Part shown: one piece after another, positions 61,260 to 64,000 of the stretch
Layout: the number at the start of each line of letters is the position of its first letter
Position numbering within the stretch: the stretch's first letter is position 1
Assembly (NCBI GenBank): GCA_951406725.2
Contig: OX597830.1
Coordinates: 21,390,001 to 21,454,000 of the forward strand
DNA length: 64,000 bases
Direction: 5' to 3'
Source of the DNA: Octopus vulgaris
Lineage: Eukaryota
Notes under the pieces: model-generated
Told to the model about the DNA's origin: nothing
What the model saw: only the letters and a program-made list of their open reading frames with translations
Database searches by the model: none
Translations under genes and position numbers: made by a program

Positions 61260-63009
61260 TTTAGCACGCCAGGCGAAATGCGTATCCGTATTTCGTCTGC
61301 CGTTACGTTCTGAGTTCAAATTCCGCCGAGGTCGACTTTGCCTTTCATCCTTTCGGGGTCGATAAATTAAGTACCAGTTACGCACTGGGGTCGATGTAAT
61401 CGTCTTAATCCGTTTGTCTGTCCTTGTTTGTCCCCTCTGTCTTTAGCCCCTTGTGGGTAGTAAAGAAATACATATTTTTTGGACACCCCTTGTTGAATTA
61501 CAAAATTTTAATGTGATATTTGTATAATAAAGAAATCAAACCTTCTGTGTGTGTGTGTGTGTGTGTGTATGAGGGAGAGAGAGGGAGAGCATTGCAAACA
61601 ATGAGTGAGATAGAGATTAAATGAAACAATCGTATAAATAAAAGCACATTAAAAACTACATTGTACCGAATATTTAAATTTGTGAACTTAGTAATTATTT
61701 CTTTCAGCAATTTACCATAGTTGTTTACAAACAGCGAATTAAAACTTGAAATGAAAACATTAAAATTAGACAGGGACAGACTTCGCCGTTTTTACGTCAA
61801 TACCGGAAGTTGACATTGAGAAACCTTTTTGAAGAAGCGAATCTAGTAATATATAAAATCAAGCGATATTTTTAATTTTTAATAAAAAAAATCAAATGAG
61901 GAACCTATAATTTGTCCGAGGTGGAGTTATTCATGCATTACAAGTATGAAAGCAATTGGTGAAGCCGTTTTCGCGTGAAAAGCGAAAATACACACTTCTC
62001 TATTTTATATATTATGGATATATTATATATTATTTATTATTTAATTGAACGCGACGCGTCATCGTACGGTCCCAGATTCGAACTCAGAATAAGTCGGACG
62101 AAATGCCGCTAAGCATTTTGTCCGGCGTGCTAAACATTCTTTAACTATTACGCCAACACACCATCTTTTAATTATTTATAATATTCCTTTCTAATATAAG
62201 CACAAGGCTTAAAACTTCAAGAGAGAAACTGACAGGTGCTTATAGTATGGACTCAGAAAGGTAAAGTTGACCTCGGCGGGATTTGAACTCAGAACGCAAG
62301 CATTTTGTTTGGCGTGCCAAGAATTTTGTGAGCTGGGGAGAAGGAAGTCGATATCATTGATCCTCAGTGTTCAATTGGTATCTATTTTATCGACCTCGGA
62401 GTGATAAATAGTAAAACTGACTTCCGTGGGATTTGAACTCAGAACGTAAGAACCGGAAGAAATGCCATTACACGTTTTGTTCGACGCGCCAACAGTTCTG
62501 TCAGACTGGCCGCCTTAATTTATTCGCTTACAAAAATTCTATTACATTTATAGCGCATGCCCAGACGTTTTGAGGGGAGGGGAAAATCGATATCATTGAT
62601 CACTATTGCTCAATTGGCATCTATTTTATCGACCCCGGAGGGATAAGTGGTAAAGCTGACCTCCACGAGATTTGGACACAGAATGTTTAAGAACCGGAGG
62701 AAATGCCGCTGTGCATTTTGTTCGACGCGCTAACGGTTCTGTCAGACTGGCCGCCTTAATTTATTCGGTTACAAAAATTCTATTACATTCATGGCGCATG
62801 CCCAGAAATTTTGAGGGAAAGAGAAGGTAATACCTAAGTGGAAACCATCGACTCCAGTGCTCAACTGGTATCTATTTTAACGACTCAGAAGGGATAAATT
62901 GGAAAAAGTTGACCTTGGCGAGATTTGAGCCCAGAACTTTTAAGAACCGGAGAAAATGCTGCTACGCATTTTGTCCGACGCGCTAACGATTCTCCTAGCT
63001 CGCCGCCGT
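61260..63009. mobile_element. S1 SINE cluster: one + copy (61260-61470) facing five - copies (62075-63009)
   Basis: - copies at ~62075, 62200, 62340, 62580 and 62845. 62340-62580 and 62580-62820 share their spacer, indicating tandem duplication. Confidence 0.8.
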
Positions 63010-63419
63010 AATTTATTCGAATATAATGCTGATAAGTCAAATAAATGACAATAACAAAGAGAAGATGGAAATTGTATGTTTCCAGACAATAGAGAACTGC
63101 GCCCAGCTGGAGCAATGTTGTTGAGAACTGAAGAATTGGCTATAAAAATGTTATTAGGAAACGGTCTGTCAAAACAGAACAAATCTTCGCCGCCATGTAA
63201 AGAGATTTATGGTTTATTGACTTTGGTGGGTTTAATTTCTAATCAATGGGAATCAGCAGAACACACGGACACGAACAGGACGTACATACATACATACATA
63301 CATACATACATACACACACGCACACACATGCGCGCACACATACACACACATATTTACGCACGCACGAACGCATGCAAGGACTCACACACATGGATACTTA
63401 TTCAGCTGCCAACGCTCTG

Positions 63420-63595
63420 CCTTTCTTCCTCTCTATCTCTATCTCTCGCTCTCTCTCTATCCCACCGCCTTTCCCTCTTTCTCTCCTTTTCTATCTCTTT
63501 CCTCCTCTCTCTCTCTCTTCCTTTCTTACCTTTTCTCTCTCACCTCCATTCTCACACTATCTTTGTCTCTCACCACTCACCGCTGCTTTCTTATT

Positions 63596-63638
<43 letters not shown>

Positions 63639-64000
63639 CTTTCTTCTCTCGCTCTCAATCTCTATCTCACTGTCTTTCCCTCTTTCTCTTTCTCCTCTCT
63701 TTCTTTTTCTTTCTTACCTTTTCTCTCTCACCCCCATTCTCAGTCTCTTTGTTTCAAACCCTTTCTTTGTCTCTCACCTCTCACCATCGCTTTCTTCTTC
63801 TTTTTCTCTCTCTCTCTCTCTCATTCTTTCCCCTCTCGCTCTCTCTCTCTCTCTATCTCTATCTCACTGTCTTTCCCACTTTCTCTCCTTTTCTATCTCT
63901 TTCCTCCTCTCCCTCACTTTCATTCTCACCTTTGTTTCTCTCCCTTACTTTGTCTCTCACGCCTCACCTTCTCTTTCTTTTTTCCCTTTCTCTCTCATTC
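63420..64000. repeat. Polypyrimidine (CT-rich) degenerate tandem repeat
   Basis: Unit with ttcttaccttttctctctcacc.ccattctca...ctttgtctctcacc repeated about 3 times. Confidence 0.85.

Noticed and set aside
54050-63009. Repeat-spacer-like arrays resembling CRISPR
   Set aside because: Units are ~200-bp diverged SINE copies, there are no cas genes, and the context is eukaryotic.

Overview
Eukaryotic, AT-rich DNA saturated with repeats. I found no recognisable host protein-coding exon. The mix of (TA)n/(CA)n/(TACA)n/(TATC)n and (AAT)n/(GAT)n/(TAG)n microsatellites with several tRNA-derived SINE families looks like Octopus (coleoid cephalopod) intergenic or intronic DNA; this is inference from memory, not a search. 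Almost all ORFs in the track are microsatellite artefacts. Real coding remnants are all transposon-derived: a 5'-truncated CR1/L2-group LINE with an uninterrupted RT frame (17616-18821), an RTE-type LINE 3' fragment, a degenerate Tc1/mariner (maT-like) transposase, a mariner deletion derivative, a restriction-like endonuclease fragment and a 29-aa Penelope-like ORF start. Non-autonomous Helitron and Merlin-like elements are also present. The most notable signal is non-coding. About ten minimal hammerhead-ribozyme (HHR)-like motifs (CUGANGA...GAAAC-palindrome-GUH) sit in several unrelated short elements, most embedded in (TA)n and often carrying inverted terminal segments, which is the signature of Penelope-like pLTRs or retrozymes. 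One canonical HHR abuts a ~310-nt rod-like fold (48927-49310). Another is fused downstream of a tRNA-type Pol III head (5690-5960). The LINE 3' tail and the commonest SINE share a tail hairpin with compensatory base changes. All structures were paired by eye, with no folding or database search.
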